Origin: Hippea sp. | Lineage (GTDB): Bacteria > Campylobacterota_A > Desulfurellia > Desulfurellales > Hippeaceae | DNA length: 41,212 nucleotides | Reading direction: 5' to 3' | Assembly (NCBI GenBank): GCA_015486955.1 | Contig: WFQR01000110.1 | Span: 1-41,212, forward strand | In this document: piece by piece, positions 1 to 10,931 of the stretch | Layout: each line of letters begins with the position of its first letter | Numbering within the stretch: the stretch's first letter is position 1 | The notes under the pieces: model-generated | Seen by the model: the letters and a program-made list of their open reading frames with translations, nothing else | The model's database searches: none | What the model was told of the DNA's origin: nothing | Translations under genes and position numbers: made by a program

Positions 1-250
1 CCTCAGGAGGAGCGTTGTTTACTAACTTTGGTTCGAAGTTAACGTAGAATATAAAGGTTTTTCTATTATAGACTATCTTTATTGCAAACCCTTTGCAACT
101 TTTGTTGCTTTTGGTCTCGAGGAGTATTGTGTTGTTGGTTTGATTGAAGGTGTTTACGTCTATATTGCATGGATTTTCTCTCTTTGGATAGCAACCAAAA
201 ATTAACAGAACCAATAAAATATAGCTTAGTGCATTTTTTAAAAAACCCAC
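1..250 (-). CDS. Putative lipoprotein, partial (3' end runs off the window); not in the ORF track
   Basis: My translation from GTG at 250: MGFLKNALSYILLVLLIFGC-YPKRENPCNIDVNTFNQTNNTILLETKSNKSCKGFAIKIVYNRKTFIFYVNFEPKLVNNAPPE, with no stop to the window edge. Basic N-terminus, hydrophobic core and IFGC lipobox; strong promoter upstream. Confidence 0.75.
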   Translation of the reverse strand, partial: MGFLKNALSYILLVLLIFGCYPKRENPCNIDVNTFNQTNNTILLETKSNKSCKGFAIKIVYNRKTFIFYVNFEPKLVNNAPPE

Positions 251-277
251 TAAAACGCATCATCCTTAATTTTTTCA

Positions 278-306
278 ATTATATATAAATTTTTAATATA
301 ATGCAA
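278..306 (-). promoter_or_regulatory. Sigma70-type promoter for the lipoprotein gene
   Basis: Minus strand reads TTGCAT (306-301), 17 nt, TATAAT (283-278). Confidence 0.65.
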
Positions 307-333
307 GCTTTTTGCGTTGTCCTTGATTAGGGA

Positions 334-1218
334 TTAAAGCAAACAGAATTCAAATATAGCCATGCGTGCAAAGACACCGTTTTCCACCTGCTTGGTTATT
401 AGGCTTTTTGTGTAATTGTCCATGACCCATGAATCTAACTCCACGTTTCTGTTTACAGGTCCTGGGTGCATGATGTAGGCGTCTGGTAAATTTGATTTTT
501 TTAAGCCAAAGAACCTGTTGTATTCCTTTAAAGACGGTATGTTTTGGCCACTTTTCCTTTCAAGCTGGATTCGTAAAAGCATGATAAAGTCTTTATCTTC
601 CATTGCTTTGGTTAGATTTTTCTCTATCTTTACACCTTCGAGCCAATCGCTTTTTGGAAGCATCGTTTTTGGACCGTAGAAGCTCAGTTCCCAATTGAAT
701 AACTTGGCCATCCACATGTGGCTTTTAGCTACACGGCTATTTACGATGTCACCTATGATACAGATTTTTAAATTCTCCAATGTGCCTTTGGTTTCATACA
801 TAGTCGCTGCATCCAATAGGGCTTGGGATGGGTGTTCATTTGTTCCATCGCCTGCGTTTATGATTGGGATTGATGTAAACTCCGTTAAAAACTTTGGATA
901 ACCGGACTCGTAGTGCCTTATTACGAAGGCATCTGGATGCATGGCGGATAGATTAATAATTGTATCGTAGTCGGTTTCACCCTTTTTTAGGCTTGATTGA
1001 TTGTAGTCTATGTTTATCACCTCAGCGCCCATGCGTTTTGCCGCCATTTCAAACGATGTTCTCGTGCGTGTGCTATTTTCAAAAAAGATGCTGATTATGG
1101 TTTTATTTTTCAAAATTCCCTCGAAACTCCTCTTACCGTTTTTGAAGTCTAAAGCACTTTGTATGATCCTTGTAGCATCCTCTTTGGTTAAATCACGAAT
1201 ACTAATTAAGTGTTTCAT
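334..1218 (-). CDS. pyrB: Aspartate carbamoyltransferase catalytic subunit
   Basis: FFENSTRTRTSFE carbamoyl-phosphate motif, NAGDGTNEHPSQALLD, RIQLER, MHPGP. Confidence 0.97.
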   Translation of the reverse strand: MKHLISIRDLTKEDATRIIQSALDFKNGKRSFEGILKNKTIISIFFENSTRTRTSFEMAAKRMGAEVINIDYNQSSLKKGETDYDTIINLSAMHPDAFVIRHYESGYPKFLTEFTSIPIINAGDGTNEHPSQALLDAATMYETKGTLENLKICIIGDIVNSRVAKSHMWMAKLFNWELSFYGPKTMLPKSDWLEGVKIEKNLTKAMEDKDFIMLLRIQLERKSGQNIPSLKEYNRFFGLKKSNLPDAYIMHPGPVNRNVELDSWVMDNYTKSLITKQVENGVFARMAIFEFCLL

Positions 1219-1224
1219 CTCACC

Positions 1225-2079
1225 TCACCTGTTTATATCTCTATGTACTATATCAACAGAGTACCCCTTTTTTCTTAAGAGTTCCCCAAAGAATTCGGCT
1301 ATTGCTACGGACCTGTGTTTTCCACCCGTGCAACCAAATGCAATCGTTATATAGCTTTTGCCTTCCTTTAAATAAAGGGGCAGGATGTTGTCTAAAAATC
1401 CTTTAACGATCTCTATGAATTCCTTTGTTTGCTCTTGGTTTAGCACGAATTCGGAGGTTTTCTTATCCAAACCTGTTGTATCTTTTAGCTCTTCGACAAA
1501 AAATGGGTTTGGTATAAATCTCACATCAAAAACATTGTCAGCTTCGGGTGGTAGGCCGTACTTAAACCCAAAGGAAATGATTTGTACAAGCAGGGAATCC
1601 TTGTCCTTCCTGAACCTATTGAGTATTATTCTTCTAAGCTCATTAACGTTGATATCTGTAGTGTCAATAGTTATGTCTGCTAAATCCTTAACAGGCTCAA
1701 GCAGTTTTTGTTCTTCATCAATGGCCTTATCCAGTGGTAAGCCCTTTGTGATGCTCAGTGGATGGGCTCTTCGTGTCTGCTCAAATCTCTTTATAAGCGT
1801 TTTCTTGTCCGCCTCCAAAAAAACCAGTGTAAAGCCATTTCTTTGGTTCTTTATTAGATCCAATAGATCCACAATATTCGACTCAATGTTTGGATCTCTC
1901 GCATCACAAACTATAGCTAACTTGTTGATCTGATTGTTTGAAAACTCGATGATCTCTAAAAACTTTTTTAGAAACGAAACGGGAAGGTTGTCAACAGAAA
2001 AGAAGCCGCTATCTTCCAACGCAGCTAAGGCTGTGCTTTTTCCTGAACCAGATAGGCCACTGAGTAGAACTACTTCCAT
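1225..2079 (-). CDS. rapZ: RNase adapter RapZ (YhbJ/YvcJ P-loop protein)
   Basis: SGLSGSGKS Walker A, VDNLP, SFGFKYG, DVRFIPNPF, GCTGGKHRSV, HRD. Confidence 0.96.
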   Translation of the reverse strand: MEVVLLSGLSGSGKSTALAALEDSGFFSVDNLPVSFLKKFLEIIEFSNNQINKLAIVCDARDPNIESNIVDLLDLIKNQRNGFTLVFLEADKKTLIKRFEQTRRAHPLSITKGLPLDKAIDEEQKLLEPVKDLADITIDTTDINVNELRRIILNRFRKDKDSLLVQIISFGFKYGLPPEADNVFDVRFIPNPFFVEELKDTTGLDKKTSEFVLNQEQTKEFIEIVKGFLDNILPLYLKEGKSYITIAFGCTGGKHRSVAIAEFFGELLRKKGYSVDIVHRDINR

Positions 2080-2080
2080 A

Positions 2081-2551
2081 TCACGCCTTTTGTATGCTCT
2101 CTTCCTTTTCTTTTATAAGCTCCATGACTTCATCTTCGTTTTTGGCAGAGAGGATCTTCTCCTTTAACTGTTCGTCCTTGAATATTTTTGCCACTTTGGC
2201 CACAGCTTTCAAAAGTATTGATGGTTTTGCAGACGGTGCTAAAACAACAAAGAATATCCTTGTGGGCATATCGTCTAAAGAGCCAAAGTCTATGGGGTTT
2301 TTTGTGGTGAATAGTCCGCCTATTACCTTGTCCAACCTGTCTATTTTTGCATGGGGTAGGGCAAACTGCCCGCCTAAAGCAGTCGATCCAAACTTCTCCC
2401 TTGCCTTCAAATAGGAAAAGACATCTTCGGCATTTAGATTCATCTTATCTGCTATTCTTTCTGCCATCTTTTTCAAGCACTCATACTTTTCTTCACAATC
2501 TATGTTTAACCCAATTTCGTATATAAAGTTTGAAATCCTATAGTCTTTCAT
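2081..2551 (-). CDS. ptsN: PTS IIA component, nitrogen-type (EIIA-Ntr)
   Basis: RE..GSTALG...ALPHAK phospho-His motif; sits between hpf and rapZ. Confidence 0.88.
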   Translation of the reverse strand: MKDYRISNFIYEIGLNIDCEEKYECLKKMAERIADKMNLNAEDVFSYLKAREKFGSTALGGQFALPHAKIDRLDKVIGGLFTTKNPIDFGSLDDMPTRIFFVVLAPSAKPSILLKAVAKVAKIFKDEQLKEKILSAKNEDEVMELIKEKEESIQKA

Positions 2552-3060
2552 CTTGTCACAATATACCCATAATCGCCATTTTTCTTCCTATATATAACAC
2601 ATACCTTACCGTTTTCCGAGTTGTTGAATACAACAAAGTGTTTATCCTCTTCGTTCAGCTTCATAATTGCCTCTTCCACCGTTAGTGGTTTAGGTATGAA
2701 CTCTTCTTCAACTATTATTGGCTCTCTTTCCGCTGCAGGTTGAACAGGTTCTCCTTGTTGCGCTGCTTTCCTTTTGGATTTGTACAGTTTGTCTTTGAAT
2801 TTTTCTATTTGCTTCTCTAAGACTTCATATACAAGATCTATTGATGAGTAGAGATCCCTTGAGGATTCAGTTGCCTTTATTATTTCACCATCTATGTTGA
2901 GCTTCACATCGGCTATATGTCTGAACTTTTCTACACTCAAGACGACATCCGCCGTTACATTGGCGTCTATTTTCCTCTCCAGCCTACCTATCTTTTTCTC
3001 CACGTAATCCTTAATCGACTTTGTTAACTCCGTGTTTTTTGCACTGATTGTTATTTTCAT
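2548..3060 (-). CDS. hpf: Ribosome hibernation promoting factor, long form
   Basis: N-terminal RaiA domain (ISAKNTELTKSIKDYVEKK, DLYSSID); C-terminal PKPLTVEEA...VIYRKKNGDYG. Confidence 0.95.
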   Translation of the reverse strand: MKITISAKNTELTKSIKDYVEKKIGRLERKIDANVTADVVLSVEKFRHIADVKLNIDGEIIKATESSRDLYSSIDLVYEVLEKQIEKFKDKLYKSKRKAAQQGEPVQPAAEREPIIVEEEFIPKPLTVEEAIMKLNEEDKHFVVFNNSENGKVCVIYRKKNGDYGYIVTR

Positions 3061-3075
3061 AAAAACCTCCCCAAT

Positions 3076-3429
3076 TTAGTTATGGTTGTGTTCGTGATCG
3101 CACACCTCTTTATATGTAACGTCTAATTGGTTGTTAATGAAATCCTCGACCAACTTCCTTGCTTTGTCAGGCACTACATTCGTTATTACCCTTATGCCAA
3201 GATTCTCAAACATATCTTTGGCTTTTGGCCCTATGCCTGCAACAATAACTACGTCAGCCCCTTTGCTTTTTACCCACTGGGGAAAGCTGCCCTCATAGTG
3301 ATCTGGAGCTGGTTCTATCTCCACTGCAAGCACCTTACCGTCTTCAATCTCGAAAAAGCCAAATTTTTCTGCATGACCAAAGTGTTCTGAAAGCATATCA
3401 CCTTCCATAGGAACCGCTACCCTTATCAT
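3076..3429 (-). CDS. NifB/NifX family FeMo-cofactor-binding domain protein
   Basis: RVAVP, SEHFGHAEKF, GIGPKA motifs; Cys/His tail CDHEHNHN. Confidence 0.85.
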   Translation of the reverse strand: MIRVAVPMEGDMLSEHFGHAEKFGFFEIEDGKVLAVEIEPAPDHYEGSFPQWVKSKGADVVIVAGIGPKAKDMFENLGIRVITNVVPDKARKLVEDFINNQLDVTYKEVCDHEHNHN

Positions 3430-3438
3430 ACCCTTTAA

Positions 3439-3789
3439 CTACCTCCCGAAAAACCTTTCTTTCCAATAATCGACGTAACTTTCCGTCTTCCTTTTTATCG
3501 AGTACTCTTTTTCCATTTCTTCCATCTCTTCTTCTGATACTGTGTAGAATTTTGCATTTTCAATGTCAAAGTCCTTTTTTGTCAGTATCATGTAGGCCGT
3601 GTTTATGTCTTTAAAAATATCCTCTGTATTTTTGTTTATGTCAGGGTGATACTTTTTTGCCAGTTTTAAGTAGTTATTTTTTATGATCCACTCAGGGTCA
3701 TTTTCGTCTACATCCAAAATTTTCCTTGCCACAATTTCGTGTCTTCTTATCTTTGAAAATCTATCTTGGAAGGAAAAATCGTAGATCAT
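3439..3789 (-). CDS. Small J-domain (DnaJ domain) protein
   Basis: IKNNYLKLAKKYHPDIN...FKDINTAYMIL with intact HPD motif. Confidence 0.88.
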   Translation of the reverse strand: MIYDFSFQDRFSKIRRHEIVARKILDVDENDPEWIIKNNYLKLAKKYHPDINKNTEDIFKDINTAYMILTKKDFDIENAKFYTVSEEEMEEMEKEYSIKRKTESYVDYWKERFFGR

Positions 3790-4964
3790 ACGTATACGAT
3801 CTCCCTTGGGTATTTTGTTAAAGATTCAACACCGTCCTTTTTAACCAAATACGTGTTTTCAATTCCCACAGCGCCCTTGCCTTTAAAAGCCACCTTTGGC
3901 TCAAAAGCGAAAACCATACCCTCTTTTAACTCGAAATCCAACCCCTTTGCTATAAATGGGTATTCGTCCACTTCCAACCCAACACCGTGACCGATAAATG
4001 GTACCTGATTGCCCTTCGCACCCATGAAATTATCTTCGTAGCCTCTATTTTTAGCCATTTCTATGCAGTGTTCGTATATCTCAAGCGTCGATGCACCCTC
4101 TCTTGCATTCTCTTCCAAGTAGTTCATCACCTCACAACAAAAATCATAAGCTTTTTCGAACTCTTTATCAAGTTTTCCAGATACAAACACGCGTGTTTCG
4201 TCTGTTAAATAACCATCGTAATTGCCCAAAAAATCCACTATAACGGGCGTGTTTTCTTCTATCTTGTAATTGGATGCACCGTCAGGGAAGTTAGGTGATA
4301 GTCCGTATCCCGTTGTTGGTTTTAACAATCCGTTGGGATAGGCACTTCTGAAGCCACTGTGCACATGACCCATTAGCATCTCACCGTTGAAGCCGCGCAT
4401 TCGACACCTGCCGAGATGTCCCCTTTTTCTCGCTCTAAACTCTAATTCCGCGCTGATCTCTATTTCTTTTTTACCCACCCTAACCAATTCTTTTGCATCT
4501 TCCATTGTACAATCAAGAATCCTTGCAGACTGCCTAAGCTTTTCTATCTCAAATTTACTCTTGATTGCCCTTTGGGAGCGTATTATGCCTGAAACATCAA
4601 CAAACGTTGCATCCTTGAACGTCTTCTTTAGCCTAAAATACATATCGAGTGGAAGGACATCTGTTTCTATGCCGATTGTTAAATACTTTATGTCCCTTTC
4701 TGAAAGTATCTCTGGTAATTTGCTTATGCCTTGTGTTTGTAATAGGCTTTCTTTATCAATAGGTGTTTCTTCTTTTGCCCTTTCATACCCTTTTCTTATT
4801 GCAAAAACCACCTTTCCTGTATTGGATATTGCCAAAACCCCTGATGGCATAGTACCGCTAAAGTAAAATACGTCGGTATTCTGCATAATCAGGGCAACGT
4901 CTATACCGTTTCTTGAAAGGGCTTGTGAGAGTTTCTTTATCCTTGATTCTATCTCTTTTTTCAT
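3786..4964 (-). CDS. M24 family (Xaa-Pro-type) metallopeptidase
   Basis: Creatinase-like N-terminus; D..GY.TD.TR, GHGVGLE, AFEP, GIEN ligands. Start moved to the ATG at 4964 (GGAGG at 4970-4974). Confidence 0.9.
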   Translation of the reverse strand: MKKEIESRIKKLSQALSRNGIDVALIMQNTDVFYFSGTMPSGVLAISNTGKVVFAIRKGYERAKEETPIDKESLLQTQGISKLPEILSERDIKYLTIGIETDVLPLDMYFRLKKTFKDATFVDVSGIIRSQRAIKSKFEIEKLRQSARILDCTMEDAKELVRVGKKEIEISAELEFRARKRGHLGRCRMRGFNGEMLMGHVHSGFRSAYPNGLLKPTTGYGLSPNFPDGASNYKIEENTPVIVDFLGNYDGYLTDETRVFVSGKLDKEFEKAYDFCCEVMNYLEENAREGASTLEIYEHCIEMAKNRGYEDNFMGAKGNQVPFIGHGVGLEVDEYPFIAKGLDFELKEGMVFAFEPKVAFKGKGAVGIENTYLVKKDGVESLTKYPREIVYV

Positions 4965-4991
4965 GAGAACCTCCAAAGCGGTTTTCTTTTG

Positions 4992-5054
4992 ATTATACAT
5001 AGAAAGATAAACAATTCAAAAACTATTTGACTGATCAGACGCAATAAGTAAATT
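4992..5054. promoter_or_regulatory. Back-to-back divergent sigma70-type promoters (M24 operon and radA operon)
   Basis: Minus strand: TTGAAT (5019-5014), 16 nt, TATAAT (4997-4992). Plus strand: TTGACT (5027-5032), 16 nt, TAAATT (5049-5054). Confidence 0.55.
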
Positions 5055-5060
5055 TGAGGT

Positions 5061-6335
5061 ATGGCTAAGAAGCTTTATGTGTGCAAAAACTGTGGCGCAC
5101 GTTTTGGTAAGTGGTATGGTCGGTGTCCAAACTGCGGTGAATGGGGTACCATCGAGGAAATAGCAGAGGGAAAGAAGCCTAAAACGACCACGAAGGTCTT
5201 AAAACCCGTAAGGCTTTCAGAGATCGATACGGGCAAGGATATAGTAAAGTTAGGTGGCGAGTTCTCTGATTTTTTTTCAAGGGAGATACCGAAGGGTGGT
5301 GTGTATTTGATCTCTGGAACGCCGGGCATAGGGAAATCCACCCTGCTGTTACAGTTGGCCTCTGATTTGTTCAAATCTGGCTCTCGCGTGGTGTATATCT
5401 CATCTGAAGAGTCTTTGGGACAAATTGCAGAGCGGGCAAAGAGGCTAAAGGTTGCTGAAGTTGAGGCAATCTCTGAGGGAAAACTTGAGAATATACTTTC
5501 CTTTTTGGAATTTGAGAATTTGAACTGTGCTATCCTTGATTCAATACACACGACCTTTAGCGACGAAATCGATTACGTGCCGGGCGGTATACAACAGGTA
5601 AAGTATTGTGCGGAAAAACTCATTGATATTGCAAAATCCAAAGGTATTACCCTTTTTATCGTTGCTCATATAACGAAGTCTGGAGCTATAGCGGGGCCTA
5701 AAACACTGGAACACATGGTTGATGCTGTGCTCCTCATGGAGGGTGATAGAAATACCAGTTTGAGGATTGTTAAATTTACGAAGAATCGGTTTGGTTCTAC
5801 GGATGAGGCGCTAATTTTGGAGATGACCAAAGATGGATTGAAAAGGGTTAAAGATCCGACATTGAAATTCTTGGAAAGAAGGGAGTTTACAGACGGTATA
5901 TGCTACGGTGCAACCATTGAGGGGAGCTATCCAATTGTACTGGAGATTCAGGCGCTTTGTGTACAGACACCACTTGCCATACCGCGCAGGGTAAGTGTGG
6001 GTTTTGATATAAACAGGTTGAACATGTTACTTGCCGTGTTGGAAAAGAAATTAGGTTTACCGTTTTTTAAATATGATGTCTATGTCAATATTGCAGGCGG
6101 TGTAAGGGCATCTTCGACGGCCATTGATGCGGCTGTTGTTTCTGCTATAATCTCATCACTGAAGAAGAGTGCGTTGAAAAACGATACCGTTGCGTTTTCA
6201 GAGGTTGACTTAACTGGCAGGTTAAGGCTTTTTGAAAGGGAAAAGAGAGCCGTTAAAAAGCTTGAGGATTTGGGTTTTAATGTAATTTCTGCTTTGAATG
6301 TTAAGGATGTTAAACAACTTTACGAAAGCATTTGA
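5061..6335 (+). CDS. radA: DNA repair protein RadA/Sms
   Basis: C4 zinc finger (CKNC..CPNC), GTPGIGKSTLLLQ, AGPKTLEHMVD, KNRFG motif. Confidence 0.96.
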   Translation: MAKKLYVCKNCGARFGKWYGRCPNCGEWGTIEEIAEGKKPKTTTKVLKPVRLSEIDTGKDIVKLGGEFSDFFSREIPKGGVYLISGTPGIGKSTLLLQLASDLFKSGSRVVYISSEESLGQIAERAKRLKVAEVEAISEGKLENILSFLEFENLNCAILDSIHTTFSDEIDYVPGGIQQVKYCAEKLIDIAKSKGITLFIVAHITKSGAIAGPKTLEHMVDAVLLMEGDRNTSLRIVKFTKNRFGSTDEALILEMTKDGLKRVKDPTLKFLERREFTDGICYGATIEGSYPIVLEIQALCVQTPLAIPRRVSVGFDINRLNMLLAVLEKKLGLPFFKYDVYVNIAGGVRASSTAIDAAVVSAIISSLKKSALKNDTVAFSEVDLTGRLRLFEREKRAVKKLEDLGFNVISALNVKDVKQLYESI

Positions 6336-6351
6336 TATTTGGTAGGATTGA

Positions 6352-8173
<1,822 letters not shown>

Positions 8174-8180
8174 GGTGTGT

Positions 8181-8999
8181 ATGGAAGCAGAACCGAAGTA
8201 CATATATTTAATCTCGGATGGAACGGGTGAGACGGCGTCTAAAATAGCGCGTGCATTTTTGGTTCAGTTTAGATACCCGAACGTGGTTGAGAGGAAATTT
8301 ATAGAGATAAGGGAAAAAGAGCAGATTGATGAAATTGTTGAGAAGGCAAAGTACGAAAAACCGCTTGTTATAAGCACGATTGCCGATAAGAACTTGAGGG
8401 ATTATGCCAATGAACGGTTCAAAGAAAACAACATAATGGTTTTGGATCTGTTTGGTTACTATATTGACAAGTTTGAGAAGTTCTTTGGACAGAAAGCAAG
8501 AAATATATCGGGTTTGCTGCACAAGATCAGTGATCAGTACTTTGAAAAGGTTAAAGCCATTGAGTACACCGTTGAGCACGATGATAATAGGAGTACGAGG
8601 CATTTGGATGAGGCGGACATCATACTTGTAGGTTTATCGAGAACAAGTAAAACGCCGTTGAGCATTTACCTTGCGCAAGAGGGTGGCTATAAGGTGGCAA
8701 ATTTTGCTATAGTGAAAGGTGAAAAGCTGCCTGATGCATTGTTTAAAGTGGATCAAAACAAAATCGTGGGCTTGACAATTGACCCCATGAGGTTATACGA
8801 AATAAGGAAGCAAAGGGCTAAAAAGCTGGGTATAGAGAATTCTTCTTATGCTTCTTTGAGTAAGATCTATGAAGAGGTTGAATATGCAAATTCAATATTT
8901 AGGCAGCATCCACAATGGCTTGTGATTGATGTAACAAATAGATCTGTTGAGGAGTCTGCGAGTGAGATTGTTTCAAAACTGTTTGGAAAAAAATTATGA
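8181..8999 (+). CDS. ppsR: PEP synthase / pyruvate phosphate dikinase regulatory kinase-phosphorylase (DUF299)
   Basis: ISDGTGETA, HDD, ADIILVGLSRTSKTPLSIYLA, IDVT..SVEE. ATG at 8181 follows GAGGTG. Confidence 0.93.
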   Translation: MEAEPKYIYLISDGTGETASKIARAFLVQFRYPNVVERKFIEIREKEQIDEIVEKAKYEKPLVISTIADKNLRDYANERFKENNIMVLDLFGYYIDKFEKFFGQKARNISGLLHKISDQYFEKVKAIEYTVEHDDNRSTRHLDEADIILVGLSRTSKTPLSIYLAQEGGYKVANFAIVKGEKLPDALFKVDQNKIVGLTIDPMRLYEIRKQRAKKLGIENSSYASLSKIYEEVEYANSIFRQHPQWLVIDVTNRSVEESASEIVSKLFGKKL

Positions 9000-9011
9000 G
9001 GAGGTTTGTTG

Positions 9012-9503
9012 ATGAATGAAATATCTACTGTTTCTTTGGTGGTGATAGCAGCGGTCTATGTGATTATTGGTTTGGGTGTGTTGGTTGGCATTGTTGTTTT
9101 GATCAAGATGTACTCAAATATTAAGGGAAAACTGGAACAGCTGGAAAAACAGATAGAGCCGTATCAGTCTAAAATCGACTTTGTGTTGTATAAGACGCAA
9201 CAGGTTGTTGAAATAGCGGAGCAGCTCGCAAAGGATGCCAAAGAACTCTCTGAAGATGTGAAAACCACAGCCAAAGAGGTATTGGACAAAACGAAGGATA
9301 CAACATTTGAAGTCATGGATAAAACGAAGGAATCCGTTGTTGAGGTTAATTCGCTTGTGGTGAATACAAAGAAGAGGATTGAGAACCATACAAGCTATCT
9401 GTTCGATAGGGTTAAAGCGCTGGAAGAGAAGTTGGACGATGTATACGCTTTTCTTGTGGGTATATCAAAGGTTATGTCGAAATTAATTAGAAGGGAGGAT
9501 TAA
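9012..9503 (+). CDS. Single-TM coiled-coil protein, DUF948/YtxG-like
   Basis: N-terminal TM helix, long amphipathic coiled coil, 11-aa repeat; AGGAGG before ATG 9012. Confidence 0.6.
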   Translation: MNEISTVSLVVIAAVYVIIGLGVLVGIVVLIKMYSNIKGKLEQLEKQIEPYQSKIDFVLYKTQQVVEIAEQLAKDAKELSEDVKTTAKEVLDKTKDTTFEVMDKTKESVVEVNSLVVNTKKRIENHTSYLFDRVKALEEKLDDVYAFLVGISKVMSKLIRRED

Positions 9504-9505
9504 AT

Positions 9506-9874
9506 ATGAAAAAAGCCTTTTTGATAGGCTTGGGTGTGATTGGATTGGGTATCGCAGCATATTTTGTTGCAAAGGAGTATATTGATTCCGAAAAGATTGA
9601 TTCATTTAAAGAGAAGTTTCCGAAGGTTGAGCTCGATAGGATTAAACAGTTGCTTGAGCAGAGGGAAGAGATTGAAGAAAAGATTACGTCCCTTGCCACA
9701 ACAATAACAGACTTGGCTAAGGAGTTAGCTGAGAAGGGATCTGAGTACGCACAGGAGAAAAAACAGACGCTGTTGAACATGATTGAAGAGGCAAAGAGAG
9801 CTATAGCGGAGGAAAGGGAAAAGTTAAAGGGCATTAGAGAACGCTTGGATAATGTGGATGAAGAGGTAGTGTAG
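9506..9874 (+). CDS. Membrane-anchored coiled-coil protein, YtxH-like
   Basis: FLIGLGVIGLGIAAYF anchor followed by E/K-rich helix; GGAGG SD. Confidence 0.55.
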   Translation: MKKAFLIGLGVIGLGIAAYFVAKEYIDSEKIDSFKEKFPKVELDRIKQLLEQREEIEEKITSLATTITDLAKELAEKGSEYAQEKKQTLLNMIEEAKRAIAEEREKLKGIRERLDNVDEEVV

Positions 9875-9875
9875 T

Positions 9876-10931
9876 TTGGACAACACGCATCACTCTGGCA
9901 TTTTAGAGTACATAATATTCCTGATTTTTTTGGGAATTGCTGTTTATCTCTTATTTTTTAAACTTACATTTGTAACCATTGTAGTGTTTTTGTCCTACTT
10001 GATTTCTGAAATCTCTTATCCCTTTGAGAATATGTTTAAAAAATTTCTGCCCCGTTGGTTAACGGGGCTTTTTGTTTTGAGCTTCGTTATGGGTAGTATG
10101 GTTTTGATTTTCATCATTGCCGTGCCGGCGCTTATCAATCAGCTCTCCGGTTTAGAAAAGCAAATTCCCATATTTATAAATGGGGTTAATAGAGAACTCA
10201 ATGCATTGTATGACTATATAGGATCAAAGTTCGGTCATAGTAAGGAAGTTTACACGATCACATCTACTGCTTTGGCATCTTTGAAGAGTTACCTTGTTTC
10301 CTTTGCCGTGAATAGTTTGACAGGCCTTTTAAAAGGCGTATCGGCACTTTTTGCGTTTTTGCTCATTCCCATCATATCGTTTTTTATGATCCTTTATAGG
10401 GAAAGGTACAAATCTGTCATTCACAGTGTAATCTTAACCATTCTGGGTGAGGATTATCTCATTGTGTTTAGGGATATACATAGCGTCATTATAAGCTACA
10501 TCGTGGGCTTGTTGATCTTGATGGTTGTTGTCTCTGCCTTGAGTGTAGCCGGGCTTTATATTGTTGGTATAGACTATGCCTTGCTTTTTGGTGTATTTGG
10601 TGGAGTGATGTATATTATTCCATACATTGGTGCTTTTTTGAGCTTCATTCCGCCATTGATCGTGGCTTTTGTTGTTCACCACAGCTTGATAATGGGTATA
10701 GAGGTTTTGAGTGTTTTGTTGTTTATCCACTTTATCTCTGGAAACATAATTGCCCCTTACATTTATTCAAAACAGCTTGAGTTGGATCCTTTGGCTGTGT
10801 TGCTTGCCATACTGTTTTTCGGTAAACTTTTGGGGGTATGGGGTGTGATTTTGTCTGTGCCGCTTTTGGGGATTATTGTCGTAAGCTACGATAAGCTTGT
10901 CCCTATACTTTCAAAGAGGAGAGAGGTCTAA
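9876..10931 (+). CDS. AI-2E family (PerM/UPF0118) transporter
   Basis: About 8 TM helices; IPYIGA, GNIIAP, LDPL, GVWGVILSVP motifs; TTG start. Confidence 0.92.
   Translation: MDNTHHSGILEYIIFLIFLGIAVYLLFFKLTFVTIVVFLSYLISEISYPFENMFKKFLPRWLTGLFVLSFVMGSMVLIFIIAVPALINQLSGLEKQIPIFINGVNRELNALYDYIGSKFGHSKEVYTITSTALASLKSYLVSFAVNSLTGLLKGVSALFAFLLIPIISFFMILYRERYKSVIHSVILTILGEDYLIVFRDIHSVIISYIVGLLILMVVVSALSVAGLYIVGIDYALLFGVFGGVMYIIPYIGAFLSFIPPLIVAFVVHHSLIMGIEVLSVLLFIHFISGNIIAPYIYSKQLELDPLAVLLAILFFGKLLGVWGVILSVPLLGIIVVSYDKLVPILSKRREV

Noticed and set aside
66-278. 70-aa minus-strand ORF from the track
   Set aside because: Overlaps the better-supported lipoprotein frame (250 to <1); no recognisable features.
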